From Lytechinus pictus (lineage: Eukaryota): a stretch of 64,000 nt of DNA. Positions 39,101 to 54,300 of this stretch are shown piece after piece. A model generated the notes under the pieces. The model was given only the letters and a program-made list of their open reading frames with translations. It was not told the origin of the DNA and did no database searches. The DNA is taken from assembly GCF_037042905.1 (NCBI RefSeq), contig NC_087245.1, positions 14,200,001 to 14,264,000 on the forward strand. The letters run 5' to 3'. The position numbers and the translations under genes were made by a program. Every line of letters begins with the position of its first letter. Position 1 is the stretch's first letter.

Positions 39101-42100
39101 GTGTTCCTTTTATATTCCTTCTTTATTTCACTGTATGCCCCTATCATGCTCATGGTATTATCCCTTCTTTTTCCCCATCTCTCATCCCTCTTTTTCTTCT
39201 CTTTTTCTACTCTTTTTATCTTTCTCTTATCACTCATTATTTCACACTCCTTCACTGTTGCTCCATCTTTCTCCCCATTTCCTCTCTACTATTCCTCCCT
39301 TTCTCCTGTTTCTGCTCCCTCGATCCCTTGCTCCAACTTCCACACTTCTTTCACTCTCTCAGTCACTTCCTTCCCCCCGCCCCCATCTCTCCTGCACTCA
39401 TATTTATCTCTCCTTCTATCCCACTTTCTTTTCATCTTTCAATCTATACCAACCCACCCGGCTTCCCCTTCTCTATTCTCCCTTGTCTCTTCCTCTCTCA
39501 TCATCCTATCCTTCTCTTCATCTCCTCATCTGTTCTTTTCATCTCATATCATCCCTCTTCATCTCCTCAATCCATCTCTCACAATCATCCCTTCCATTAA
39601 ACCACCTCTCTCCCCTCTCTGTAATCCACCTATCCATCCTTTACCCTTTCTCTGTATCTTCATGTATCGCTCTCTCTCCTTCACTGCACCATTAATACCA
39701 TCCCAAGTAGAAGAAGCCTGCGAGCCATATTCACTTCAATTTGACATCATTCCATCTCACGTGATACCTTCTACACTTTACCACCAATGGTATTAGAGAC
39801 TGGGCAATGAGTCCAAATATAGTTGAGCTTAGTGACGTATTTAGTATTTTTTGACATTTCAACCAAAAAGCAATTGTCCTTGGGGTTTTTCATGGCTAAA
39901 TATATACCCAATGCAAAGTTCTAGGATACGCTAACTTAAAAGAACATATACATGAGCTAGATTTTGTCGAAAACAGTTTTTTCCTTTTTTGTTTTACCTG
40001 TGCCTTGCAGCAATTCACATCATCATTACTTGTCTTTGTGTTGACCTAGTTAGAGTGAACAGCCTGCATAGATGCTAAAGTGTCTTTTATTTTGCGTTAA
40101 AACAACTCCAAAATTGAATCCCCCCATATTCAACAGTAAATTAAGTAGGAAATATTTTGATGAATTAAATCTTCTTTTATGCATTATTGCAGGGTCTTTT
40201 CAGATGCTGATGTGTTCAGCATATCTAATACAAGTTATATAGGCCTATAAATGTAACGTTTGATTTTTTACTGCTCAGTTATTGTAACTGCCTATTACAT
40301 GTAAATGTTACAGTAGTTCTATAGACTGGCTTTATTTCTCTGTAAAGTGAATTGTTGTGTCAGTGCAAGAACGCCCATAGCAAAATATTTTTCGCGCACC
40401 CCATCAGTACAGAAATGGCCTTATACAATGCCCCTATGCGTGCTGCTAAAGGTGTTCTTGAACTGACATGCCAACACAAACATGGTAGTACAGTATATAC
40501 AATACACCTATGGCAAGTAACTTGTCGATCAGTAGAAAAGTCTTAAAGAAATAGAAGAGGAGGAGGAGGAAGTCAAAAAAGGAGAAGGAGGAGAAGAAGA
40601 AAAGAAGAAGAAGGAGAAGAAGAAGAAGAAGGAGGAGAAGAAGAAAAGAAGAAGAAGGAGAAGAAGAAGGAGAAGAAGAAGGAGAAGGAGGAGAAGAAGA
40701 AAAGAAGAAGAAGAAGAAGAAGGAGAAGAAGGAGGAGGAGAAGAAGAAGAAGGAGGAGAAAAAGAAGAAGAAGAATAAATAATAATAATATAGGATTTGT
40801 ATAGCGCACATATCCACCTTGCTAGGTGCTCAAGGCGCTCCTATATTACCCCGGCTAAGCTAGTCTACCGATTCTGGTGCGCACAGCTTTTTGAGGAATT
40901 ACTTCCTGCCGGTACCCATTTACCTCACCTGGGTCGAGTGCAGCACAGTGTGGATAAATTTCTTGCTGAAGGAAAACACGCCATGGCTAGGATTCGAACC
41001 CACGACCCTCTGTTTGAAAGGCGAGAGTCAGAACCACTAGACCACGACGCACCCACAGAAGAAGAAGAAGGAGGAGGAGGAGGAGAAGGGGATGAGTAGG
41101 AGGAATAAAAAGGTGAAAGAGAAGATATAGAACAAGAGTGAGAAAGTGGAAGTATGAATATAGCAAAGTCAAAATGAAGCATTAAGAAATTAAGGCTGGC
41201 AGTTATAGTTGTACTAAACCTTTGAATAGGATTGAGTCTTGTCACTGTAGCGACTGTACTCTGTACATTTTTGAGAAAATATGACATAACATGATTGGAA
41301 TAATTGGTGCTGGGGCCTGGAACAGGTATTTGATAGGTGTCAAAAGAAAAGAATACCATCCCGCGGTATACATTAGTGCATCTTTTCACCTTCCCCATGC
41401 CATTCAGATTGACGATACATGTTTTGTACTCATTGACAATATTATTAATTTTAAGGCTTAGAGCTGAAATGTCATAAAATGTCACGGTATGATAATCAGA
41501 AGGCAAACAAAATGATATGAAAGAAATGTAATAGGAGGAGCTAGAAAAGAGAATTTCTGCATTGAGAAGTTCCCTCTCCTGACATTCACATGTCTTGAGA
41601 ATAGGGAATGGTTTAACTAGTGACCTTTGAAGTATTCTTGTGAACTACTTCCTAGTAACAAGCCTTATGCGATGCCCACTGGTTTGGTATAAAGAGAATA
41701 TAGGCCTATATTTTAGGAGGGGATTATAAAGTTTTATTTTCATGAAGATGAAAGATAAACAAAAAAGGGGTGAAATAATGTGTGAAATGCTAATCATTTT
41801 TTACAATCTTAAATCTTGAATTTGATGCACCCAAAACGATATATCATCAGCTGCCCCAGGGGGAGGCAATTCCATTGATGAGTGGATATCATGCGTGACC
41901 AAAAAACATGTAAAAAAAATCTCTTTTTCAAGATACGCAACGCAATAAGGGTGTCAAAAACACCAAAATGATGAAGAAAAGGTATATATTTTCCTAGGGA
42001 AACTACATGTTTACAGTCCATTTCGAGAGGGCATAAAAAGACTTAAAGGATGTACCTTTTGCCCCAACACTACATGTTTAGGGTCCATATTTAGCGAGGT

Positions 42101-42337
42101 TTGTGGAGTGGTACTACACCCAATGAAAATATTGGTAAAGCCGACGTCCGTGATCACGTCCATGACATAATAATTAAGATATCGCTGTACTTGTTTAGGG
42201 GGTCAATTCAGGGAATACTTGTCAAGGGTACCGTTTTGTTTCTAATACCTGTAAGGATAGGGTTTTACACGCCAATACTTGTTAAGGGGTGCATTTTCAG
42301 AACATAGAAAATACTTGTTCAGGGTGCTTTTTGAAAC

Positions 42338-42370
<33 letters not shown>

Positions 42371-45300
42371 TATCAGCTGCCCAAGTAATGGTGACAGCGA
42401 GTGTGCATAAATTATTTAATCTGGACTTTAATGTGAGAAAACTACTAAAGCTATCACATCATGGTTAAATGTGAGCATCACATATTATCTGACAAAGTAC
42501 TTGATGTCTAGATCTTTAAAGGAGTGCATGAACGTTATGTGTTAAAGGATAAACATTTATATACTTAAGACAGAATAAGAAGTATACCATGTGCTGTATT
42601 CCTAGTGTATGATCAACAACACTTGAAGTTATAGTCGAAATGGAAGTCACTAAAATATCTTTTTAGAAAAGCAACTAACAATTGAGGTTTGGTGAACACT
42701 GTGCCTGAGACCTGTATTGCCTTGCAGGCAGAGCCTTTGTGGGTTGAGTAGCGGCACACATCACACAGAGAGCTATGAAACTATTATTCAGTAGCATTCA
42801 GAAGTACACTATTGAGATGGGAATTTTCTATTGTAAAATGTCTTGATAATATGGATGACCAGTTAGTCTGTGAAGCTTTGGTGGTTCCTGTCTGACCTAA
42901 AGGTTTTCGTTATTAATTACAACTGAAACTGGAAAGGTGATTTTAATTTTGATTCCTGAACAAAGTTATTAACCGCCTTTAAGACTGTGTGTGTTTGGGA
43001 GGTATTCCTGATTGTCTTTATCTTTCTGTTTTAAGTGATGATACTCTTTATACCTGGGAGAGAAAGGGACAAAAGGGGAGTGTTTTTGGAGAGCATTGAT
43101 ATTTATTTCATGCGAGGAGGTGTCTTTTTTACTTTACAGTTTTCAGCATGTCAATACGGTAAACAAGTAAATAAGAATGGACATGTGTCCCTTATGTCAT
43201 TATATTTCTGTTTGTCAGTCTGTATCTCTCTCCCTTTCTTAAATCTTTCCCTCTCTCTCTCTCTGTCATTCTTATCTTATATTTCTTCCACTATCCAACC
43301 ATTTTCTATTTAACATGAATAGTATAATAGCTGCCAAACATTGCTGCTAATGAGCCTGTAAATTCTTACAAAAATTGACATTAAGTAACATGTCTGATTC
43401 TCTGCATATATTGTAGGCCAGTTTTCACCAGCTAATCAAGTTGTACTTGTTTCATTTCAGGAGCCATTCATTGAAGAAGCTAGTCAAGAAGGAGTAGAAA
43501 GGGAAGAGCTTGCTGGAATCGATAACGTAGTTCATGAGGTGAGATATGACCGTGATCGTAATGTTAGGCAGCTTTAGATTTGCAATGCAACATTTTTTCA
43601 ACATTTTCTCTTTCAAGTATTTCTTCCCCCATTTGACATCGCATCTTCTTAGCATGTGACTTGGTTGCAAACACTCTTTAGATTTTTTGTGAAGATGGTG
43701 ATTTAAAGAAAGCGTGCCCAAAATGCAGGTCTGCGGGAGAGAGCCAGCGCGAAACCATTGTGTTACATTCGTGTATCCATGCATTTACATTGGAGGGAGC
43801 CAGTGTGTAACCACTTTGTTACATGTACGTAATACACACCCAGTGACATTACACAACCATACAGGATGCACAAATCAGTGGAAAGAGTCATAGATTGAGT
43901 TGGTAAAGAGGCTGAATCATGAATGCGATCCGCATATCAACACGATTTTACAAATATAAGTTGCGTTGCAAATCTAAAGGTCCCAGTAGATCACAATTCA
44001 TAATAAACATTGACAAAGGGAATGGCGCTACGGGGGGGGGGGGTGCAAATATTACTGGAACTGATAACGTATCATAAGGCGAAATACTGTCAGACCATGA
44101 TATTGTAGTATTGATGATCATGATTAAGTCACCTTTAGTCATTTCTTATAATTATGATATATGGAATATTATTTTTTAAAGACAAAAAAGGTACATTAAA
44201 TAATCAATGACAAATGACAATGGCTGACAGGTGCAGTTCTGCAGGGGTTGCACATTTTGCTGGGGCTGGTAATGTATTTCATGAGGCAGGATACTGTAGA
44301 ACAGTGATCATAGTATCAAGGGTCATCTTTACTACTTCTTGAATCATTCAACCAATAGGCAGCATGTTATATTAGGCCGACCTGAAACAGATAGGATGGA
44401 TCAATTTGTCAGCCATATTAAGAATTCACGACAATGTAAATAATAATAATAATAATAATAGCTGGATTTATAAAGCGCTTTTTGCCTGAGGATACAAAGC
44501 GCTGCTATTATTACCCCGGCTTTAGCTCGAGCTACCATCACCGGCGCTCAGTGCATGCAAGGAATTACTCCTGTCGGGTACCCATTCACCTCACCTGGGT
44601 CGAGTGCAGCACAGTGTGGATAAATGTGGATAAATCATTTCTGACCAGCAATAAATTGCCAAAATATAGGCCTTACTTAAAATGTTCTGATTTGGCATGT
44701 GCATGACATTTCCCGTATTTTTATAAACACAATAAAACCTGTATTAAAGTTTATTTAGCTCATAGATGTTCATGGGTGAAATATCCATCTGTTTCCTTGA
44801 CTTTTTAGTCTTACCATACGCTTTCAAACCCACCCAATCATAAAAATACCTGATAATTTTTGTTTTGCATTCACAACCGGTCTGAACCAGATAAAGTACC
44901 TGTAGTTAGGAGCCCACATCAAAACTCTTGCATCATGATATTGGATGTCATTTCTCAAGTCTGAAGTTCTTTTGAATTTGCTTTCACACCGAAAAGTCCC
45001 TGTGAAAATTTATTTTAAAATTTCAAATTTCAATCACCAACTTTCTGGTGTTTACTATTTGCACTATAATTAATTACTACTTTACCCCATATTGGCAGAT
45101 TACTTTGTGATTTTGGAAGTTCGTAGAATTTATCATCAGTAAATAAATACCAGGTATTATTTTGTGATTGGATGGGTACGACAGCAGTTACTTTGATCCT
45201 TACCCTGTATGTCCTGTGTAAGACTTCCTGTTAAAATCCAAAATAGTATTCATAGCATATTTTAATAGTTTCAAATTACAGAAGTGAAGGAAATAGGATG

Positions 45301-48300
45301 TGGATTTAGCGATTTACCATGGATTTCATGACTAATGTACAAGAATTCTAAACATTGAAGTTCTGAAGGGAATTTATTCGGTCTAAAATGATGTCATTTG
45401 AAGGTCATCTAATACCCGTTATCCATCTGTAGAGTCTTTTGGCTTGGCAAAAATTAGGTGTAAAAACATTGTGGTTGGCCAAAATTTTGGCTTGGCAAAG
45501 TGTCATTCAAGATTTGACCTGACTCACCTGAGCACACCTAAGTCAGATTGGAAAGAAAATTAGGCTCTCGACTGTATGACTTTTGAGAAGATTTTGGCTG
45601 GCCCAAATTCTAGCAATGTGAAGAATATGTATGCCAAGTATATTTTAGTCTTCCAAAATTTTGAGGAAAATGTGAAAGGGGTATAATTCTCAGAATGGGA
45701 ATGTAGAATTTAAAGGGAACATCTAAAATATGTCAAAGAATGGCAGTGATGAATTGGTGCCAGTTCTTTGTGATTAATAGTAAAAACAGGATGATAGCAG
45801 GGACGTGAGAGTTAACTTGTTGCTGTATATGGACCTGAATGCTGTTTGTGCATAGCCTACATGAGAATTAGAGAAATTGGTTTTCAGCAAATGAATAATA
45901 ATATTTGAAATTTTATATTGTTTGAACCATTTATAGCATTATTCAAATTGATTATTTATTTTGGTGAAGGGGTGGGGTTGGGAATATTTGAAGTTGGATC
46001 ATTTAATGCCTCATAGTCTTTGGCTTTGTCTAAGGTTAAGTTTTATATACAATATAATTCAGTTTGTTAAGGCTGGGTCTTCGGTTTAAGTTTTGCAAAA
46101 TCTGGCCTGATTATGTGACCTATCCCTGGTAAAATATTCAAATTTTTGCACGTTATTTCATTCAGCTTGCTTTGTTTTTGTTCTTTTGTTTACAAATGTA
46201 GGCTTGTGGAGAGACCATCGACCTGAAGCCGACTGTCCGCGTGACAGACCTCCCCATTGACGAAGAAGAGGGGGAGGCAGAGGCAGTGCCCCTTCCCCCA
46301 CCCATGGAGCTTCAGAATCATTCTTCCCTGATTGGACCCCCCTCAGGTGCTGCCCATGACAAGAGAGAGGTAAAGCATGCCCACAGCCTTCCACCCTTAC
46401 CCCCACTTTTTATAGCTAAAATGGTCAAATGCCACTTCTAATTTCCAGATGAGTTTTCTTCGTTCCAAACTAGACCCTTTTTGTCCAAAATTTATTTAAT
46501 CTAACTGGCACTCTCTGTCTATTTGCCATCAGGTCTAGTGAACCCTTGTGCTACTTATCACTTGGTTTAATACCTATTAGGTCTGTGTTCTCATCGACAT
46601 AGAGATTTAGCCAAGTACGTTAGACTAAATTGGATTAGCCAAAGTCGTTATACCAAGTGAAAGAATGCAAACTGGCCATCTACCATTCACACACTCCCAC
46701 TAAAGAATGGGACCCTGAAATTGTTTTCTTTAGCAAAATTTGAAGAGGTTTAAGCTGATTTGCCAAATTGTAACACAGAGAAATTAGATTTGCGTACATT
46801 GGATGAACATTTACTACCATGTTGATTGCAAATGTTAAAGAAATCTAAAAATGTTCTTAAGGTTTATTTTGGATTGATAGTCATGATGAAATATTCATAT
46901 TTTGAAAGAACATCCTACAATTTAAGATTTAAGAGGGCTTTATTTGAGCCGTGGTATGATGTTAATATTTGGGAATCTTCCTGCTATAAAATTCCCCACA
47001 TAATGCATTCTTAATTAGGCGCCTTATCAACGTTGACTTTCTCAACCCGTGTGCAGAATATAGTAGCGTACCTAAATCGTTTTTCATTTTTGTGATTCAC
47101 ACTTATTGTGTCATTTTTCCTCACCCATCACTTACCTCATGGTAACAGTCCCTTCTATCCACTCTTGAGCCAGTTGCAAATATCACTGGCTCGGGCAGAG
47201 AGTTGGCCTCTGAAGGAGATAACAAAACACCACAAAAAATGGTATGTGTGGGACCACACTTTGCATGTAAATGTACATTTGCAAAATAGAAAAAAAAAGG
47301 AAAGTCAAACATAAAGCTATACAGTTGTAAAATATCAGCATTTTAATGTCAGCAATAAATTAGTTTGATCTATGTGGCATGTTGCATGGTAAGTTTTGAC
47401 AAAAAAATGAAATAAATCAATATTAAGCTTCATGTTATTTTTTTCTCAATAATTTGTGTTAATACTTGTAAACATACATGTATACTATTTTAAAAAGTGA
47501 AATACCAAGTGAATTGTGTTAATTGAAGCATGGCCATACCATGTTCGCAATAATATGAAAATAGAAATTGTAAAATACATGTGATTGTGTATATTTCTGC
47601 AAATCCGGAAGATTCTATGCATTATTAAATTATTATAGATATATATAATGCTTTATAGTCTGTATCCTAATGTACTTGTTGCTCTATTATGCATGCGATT
47701 TGTACTGGAAGTCCATTTTATAGAATGCACTCTGAAGCAGTAAATTACAAGTTTTAAGTATTTGTTATGGTATCATAAGTCATTAAGGACGTTCCTCAGT
47801 TAAAACGAAGTCCATGTCATTTTCACCAAATTTTGCAGAGAGTTACTTTGGTATCTATGCATTATGAAAATGCAAAAAATAATATAGGTTCATGTGCTTA
47901 TTCTTTTTCTACGGGACTTCAAAGTCGCCGTATTTAAATGATATGAAATGTTGCGCAATCATGAGAATTATGCCTCTCTTAGACCTCACAAATTCACCAA
48001 ATGAGTTTAAATCATCTTTACTCTCTCGATATTGCATCAAACTTCATCAAACTTTCAGAATGTGTAACTCAGTAGATACCAAAGTAGTAGAAAGTCTTTT
48101 AATTGATAAAACTATATCTATTTAGAGTCAGCAGCGCCCTCATTTGGCAAGAATTGTGCAAACACTCGGAAAAAACAAATCTTCAAAGAGTGAATCTACT
48201 CAAAAATTTAAAAAAGTATAGTTTAAGCTGCACTTTATTCAAAATCCATGTCATTTTCATCAAATTCGGCTAAACTGTAGAGAAATGTATATGGAAGATG

Positions 48301-51300
48301 TAGGGAAGTTAAAAATATAGGGTCCATGTGCTCGTTTTATAACTATAAGTGTCCAAAGTGTTGCGAGTTGGCTTGAAAATCGGCTAAAATGCGCCGAAAA
48401 CGTGCAAAATGTCTAATAACACAGTCTAAATGGGAATGGTTCCGTAGTTTTGCTCCTAGACATTAAAAACCCATGTCATTTTCATCATACACTCTAGATT
48501 TGTAGAGGAATATATTCTGAAGCCGTTAAAATATTAAAAATATGGGGTCCATGTGCTCGTTTTTAAACTATCATGGTCCAAAGTGTTGCGAGACGGCTTG
48601 AAAATATTGAAATCCTCCTAAAGTGCGCCGAAAACGTGCAAAAGTCTAATAATACCGTCTAAAATGCGAATGGTTCCCGTATTTCGCTCCCAAACATTCA
48701 AAATCCATGTCATTTTCACCATACTCTCTAATTGTGTAGAGGAATATATTCTGAAGCCGTTAAAATATTAATAATATGGAGTCCATGTGCTCGTTTTTAA
48801 ACTATCAGGGTCCAAACTGTTGCGAGACGGCTTGAAAATATTGAAATCCTCCTAAAGTGCGCCGAAAACGTGCAAAAGTCTAATATTATTGTCTAAAATG
48901 CGAATGGTTCCGTAGTTTTGCCCCCCAAACATTCAAAATCCATGTAATTTTCATCACACTCTCCAGATTTGTAGAAGAATATATTCTGAAGCCGTTAAAA
49001 TAGTTAAAATATGGGGTCTATGTGCTCGTTTTTTAGTTATCAGTGTCCAAATTGTTGCGAGTTGGCTTGAAAATCGCCTAAATGCGCCGAAAACATGCAA
49101 AAGTCTAATAATACCGTCTAAAATGTGAATGGTTCCCGCATTTCGCTCCCAAACATTCAAAATCCATGTCATTTTCATCATACTCTCTAATTGTGTAGAG
49201 GAATATATTCTGAAGCCGTTAAAATATTAATAATATGGAGTCCATGTGCTCGTTTTTAAACTATCAGGGTCCAAAGTGTTGCGAGACGGCTTGAAAATAT
49301 TGAAATCCTCCTAAAGTGCGCCGAAAACGTGCAAAAGTCTAATATTATTGTCTAAAATGCGAATGGTTCCGTAGTTTTGCCCCCCAAACATTCAAAATCC
49401 ATGTAATTTTCATCACACTCTCCAGATTTGTAGAGGAATATATTCTGAAGCCGTTAAAACATTTAAAATATGGGGTCTTTGTGCTCGTTTTTTAGTTATC
49501 AGTGTCCAAATTGTTGCGAGTTGGCTTGAAAATCGCCTAAATGCGCCGAAAACATGCAAAAGTCTAATAATACCGTCTAAAATGTGAATGGTTCCCGCAT
49601 TTCGCTCCCAAACATTCAAAATCCATGTCATTTTCATCATACTCTCTAATTGTGTAGAGGAATATATTCTGAAGCCGTTAAAATATTAATAATATGGAGT
49701 CCATGTGCTCGTTTTTAAACTATCAGGGTCCAAAGTGTTGCGAGACGGCTTGAAAATATTCTCCTCCTAAAGTGCGCCGAAAACGTGCAAAAGTCTAATA
49801 TTATTGTCTAAAATGCGAATGGTTCCGTAGTTTTGCCCCCCAAACATTCAAAATCCATGTAATTTTCATCACACTCTCCAGATTTGTAGAGGAATATATT
49901 CTGAAGCCGTTAAAATAGTTAAAATATGGGGTCTATGTGCTCGTTTTTTAGTTATCAGTGTCCAAATTGTTGCGAGTTGGCTTGAAAATCGCCTAAATGC
50001 GCCGAAAACATGCAAAAGTCTAATAATACCGTCTAAAATGTGAATGGTTCCCGCATTTCGCTCCCAAACATTCAAAATCCATGTCATTTTCATCATACTC
50101 TCTAATTGTGTAGAGGAATATATTCTGAAGCCGTTAAAATATTAATAATATGGAGTCCATGTCTAAAGAGTTGCGAGTTGGCTTGAATCAACCCAAAATG
50201 CGCCGAAAACAAGCAAAAGTCTGATAATGCCGTGACGGTCTAAAATACGAATGGTTCCGTAGCTCTGCTCCCAAGCATTCAAAACTCCATGTCACTTTCC
50301 TCATACTCTCTAGATTTGTAGAGAAATATATTCTGAAGAAGTTAGGACATTTAAACTATGGGGTCCATGTGCTCGTTTTCAAATTATCCGTGTCCAAGGT
50401 GTAGGAAGTTGGTTTGAAACAGCCCAGAATGCGCCGAAAACAAGCAAAAGTCTGTTAATACCGTGTAAAATGCGAATGGTTCGGTAGTCTTGTTCCCAAA
50501 CATTGAAAATCCATGTCATTTTCATCATACTTTGCACATAGACACTTTAGCACCTGAATGTTTCAAATATGCACAAATTAACATAGGTCCATGTGCTTGA
50601 TTTTTTGCTATAGAGCTTCAAAGTTAACCCAAATAGATATTATTAAGAATTGCGCATTCAAAAGAATTTGGCATTTTTAGACCTCACGAGATCACAACAA
50701 TGAGTTTAAAGCTCTATTACTCTGTCAAAATCCATGAAAACTTCATCAAATTTTGAAATATGATTAATAATTGTATCCTTAAAATGGATAATCTATTTAT
50801 GTTGATTTCAATTGTTTGCTCATTTAAGTCTAACAGCACTCTCAGTTCTTAGATATTGCGGGAAAGATAACAAATACTCAACTTCAAAAATTTCAAATTT
50901 CAATAACAAACTTGAGAAGTAAAAGAAATGCTGCACTTTATTCAAAACCCATGTCAATTTCACCAAATTTTGCAAAGTTGTAGAGGAAGGTATACATGAG
51001 AGGTGTAAACATTAAGAAATATGGGTTCATGTGCTTGTTTTCAAACTATCAGCACTCTTACTAGAGAAAATATGCTTCTTAAAACACCCCAAAACACGCA
51101 AAAAGCTTTGTATCTGTGAGGAAAAGTTCCGAACCACTCTACCATTTATTTTATTCAAACTCGGGGTCATATTCATCATACTTTGCAGCACTACAGAGAA
51201 AAGTATTTTGAAATTGTAGAGGAATAAAAAGAATGGTCCATGGAACAATTCCAGTTTCTTAGCTTCATAAAATAATACATCGGATCTGCAGTTCTTGCAG

Positions 51301-54300
51301 ATCACAACAATGAGTTTAAATGAAAAATCAGCTCACATACCTACAGCTGATTAATCAACAGTTCATCCATTGTGACGTCAGCGCGCAGAGTGTAAAATAT
51401 GCGCAGATCATGATGCGCACAAACATAACTGTGGAACGTCCTTAAATGGTTGAATAAGTTTTTTTTTATCTATGGTTACCATTTATCATCTTCGTTTGTT
51501 GTACATGTACAATAAAAAGTGCATGGTTTATTAAACATGAATTTTTTTCTATTTCTATTTCAACTTTTTTCTTTATTTCCTTATCTGAATACGTCATGAA
51601 AAGACACAAAAATATCTTTTGGAAAAGGAATGCAATCTTTTCTGATAAGAGATTCCTGTTTCGATGTTCTTTCTAAAATTTGGGGAGGGGGATGCAAGCT
51701 TTTAATTCCTATAGAGAAATCAGATTATATCAGAAATTATTATTACCCAGATGGTTGGATGTGATATGTAGGCCTACTATTTTTTTTTTAATGTAGCCAA
51801 ACTCTACAGTTTTCTTTTTATGTTTTCAGTGGTTATTCAAATGATTAAGTAACCCCTTTAATTCTGAGAAATAAAAATGTATCCACCCCTCCACCTCTCA
51901 GTTTCATCTGTCTTTAAAGACCCCAGTTGGAATACCAGCATTCCTGGCATACAAGCATGTGTCATTATATCATTCCTAGCGGTACAACAAGGCCCTTTAC
52001 CCTCATTCAAAGAGGATCATAGTATTTTCATCAGGGGGGTTAGGAAGGGGTCATGCAGACCCCCTTCTCTGATCTTCTAGTTTCTTTAAAACGATGGTGT
52101 TATCATACCATTCTGATTTGTACAACAAGCCATTGAACCTCATCCAATGAGGGTAATGTTTTTATCATGGAACGTTGGGAGCAGATCGTGCACCCCATCT
52201 TCTTTAAAATGTCAGGAAATATTGTGACATAGCTAGAGGTACAACTACGTCCTCTTTCAACAGACAGAGTACTACACCCCCATAAAAAAAATGGGTTGGT
52301 TCTTTTGTAGCAAGACGACAAATTTTATACAAGCATAAAAATAAACAGGCACAATGGAAGGGCAACAAATTTTGGGGTAATCTAAAGGAAAGCTTAATGT
52401 TGAGGAGAGTGAATATACATGGCTGCCATAGCACTGTATCCGATGGGTAGTCTTCCCATTGACATGTTTTAATGGCTGCATGTTTGAGATAGAGAGCTGT
52501 GAGCCAGGTGGAACATATTTTTGAAGTAGTGATGTTCCTGAAAAAAATAAGAAATAAGGACTTATTATTGCCCTAGAAAAAATATATATGAGGATTATAG
52601 TGTTCTTGGAGAGAATTACAAATTTGGCTAATGTTAGTGCTAAATCTATTTGCTTGATTCTTTTTTCCAACTTTGCATTTGTTTGCCCTTATTCACATTA
52701 AGTGAAGAAAGTTCAGATATAAAGTTTTTTTCAGTTGATTGGAGGTAGCCACATGATTCATCTCTTATCTACATTGTTATGGTTCCTCATATTGTACTGG
52801 ACTATTCTTATACAAAGAGTTGAGTGAGACTTAACGTCATACTTAAATGCCAATTCCCATGTATTTTACATGAAACCTCATAGAAGACTATCACCATACA
52901 TTGAGCATAATCTGAAAAAAATGCACTGATGTAGTATGGGTACTGCAATTGAAGATAGAGCAAGTTGAATTCACTCTTTAAATAATCTTTGCGAGGCAGC
53001 TCCTGGTCCCTTGATTTGATATTTTGACATCTAAATTCTGTTATTCCCAAAGGCTTTTTACAGGGACCATCCAAATCCAAGAGCGCAAAGGGTTAATATT
53101 CAGTTGCTATGCATGTCCTTACAATTTCCAGTCAGTTTTTTTATTTTAAGTACAAAAAAAATCAAATATCTGCTCTTTTATTTATATTATTTTTATGGCT
53201 ACATTTGGGTACTGATTGTAGCTCTGGCTTAACCTAGTAAAGCTTTGTTGTATGAGCTTCTGAGTAAGATATACCCAACCCTTTGATCGTCTGCACATAA
53301 AATACTACATGTACATGCCAAGAGATCGTGTGCAGCATTACATATGACGGGGTTTGTTTCTCTGTTTGTCATCATGTCTTTTCCTTTGTTATTGTTCGAG
53401 TGACAAATTATAGTTGATGTCATCACAACATGCCACATACCAGCTCTGTCCATGAATGTTTGGAAGATGACAATGCATTGGGTTAAAGAGGAGTTCAGTG
53501 ACCAAGGATTCTTGATGTAGTGCGTTTCATGAGATGTCCTTGGTGTTTCTTCATCTCTTCTTTCTTATCTATCATCATCATCATAGAGTCTTTCTTTCTT
53601 CTTTTTCTTTTCCCCTTTCCTTATCTCATCCTATCCTCATCCCACTTCTTCTTCCTCTTATTCCATTTCCTTTTGTACTACCCCTCCTGTTGCACCCCCT
53701 TCCCTCACCATCTCCTAATCCTCCTTAACCTCACTGCTCCTTCTCCTTGGCAACCTCCTCTCTAACCACTGTAACACCTTCCTTGTTAATATGCTAGCTA
53801 CCTATACCACCTAAACCCTCTTTGCCTATCCTTTCTACCACCTGCACATACTCTACTCCCACTCTCTCCTTTCTATACCTCCGCTACCTCTCCCTCCTCC
53901 TCCCTCTCCTCTTCCTCCCTCTCCTCCTCTTCCATCTTTTCGTCCACCTCCCCCTCCCCCACCCCTGCTGCTGCTGCTGCCCCTCCTCCCCCTTTATCTT
54001 CTTATTCCTTTTGTTTTCCTTTGTCATTGCCATCTTCTTTTTCTTTGTCCTTCCGCTTATTTTATTCCAGCCCACTACTCGGTTTCCACTTCTCTGTCCT
54101 TTAATCTATATAATGACATTATTCTCCATAATTTTGGATTTTCTTTCCTGTAGCTCCTGTAGCTTTTTCATTTCCTCTTTTGTATATCATTACACGGATT
54201 GTGTTTTTTCATGTCCTGTATCATTTCATGTGCATTTATTGTATGTAATAAATTGCAAAATTTCTTATTTCTCCCGTTCAAATTGTATTGGATATGTTCC

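Noticed and set aside
39042..39796. Overlapping 217-aa and 231-aa Ser/Leu/Phe ORFs, and a 36-nt ag..gtaagt pseudo-exon at 39042-39077
   Set aside because: A pyrimidine-rich tract that lacks stops by composition; the small exon peptide is AT-rich and unlike the linker.
40980..41056. tRNA gene
   Set aside because: The A and B boxes are the head of a SINE whose body and tail recur at 44438.
48954..50096. Three near-identical 75-aa minus-strand ORFs
   Set aside because: By-product of the tandem array; no transposase or other motif.
48240..50530. CRISPR-like periodicity
   Set aside because: Whole ~230-bp units repeat with no unique spacers, the context is eukaryotic, and there are no cas genes.
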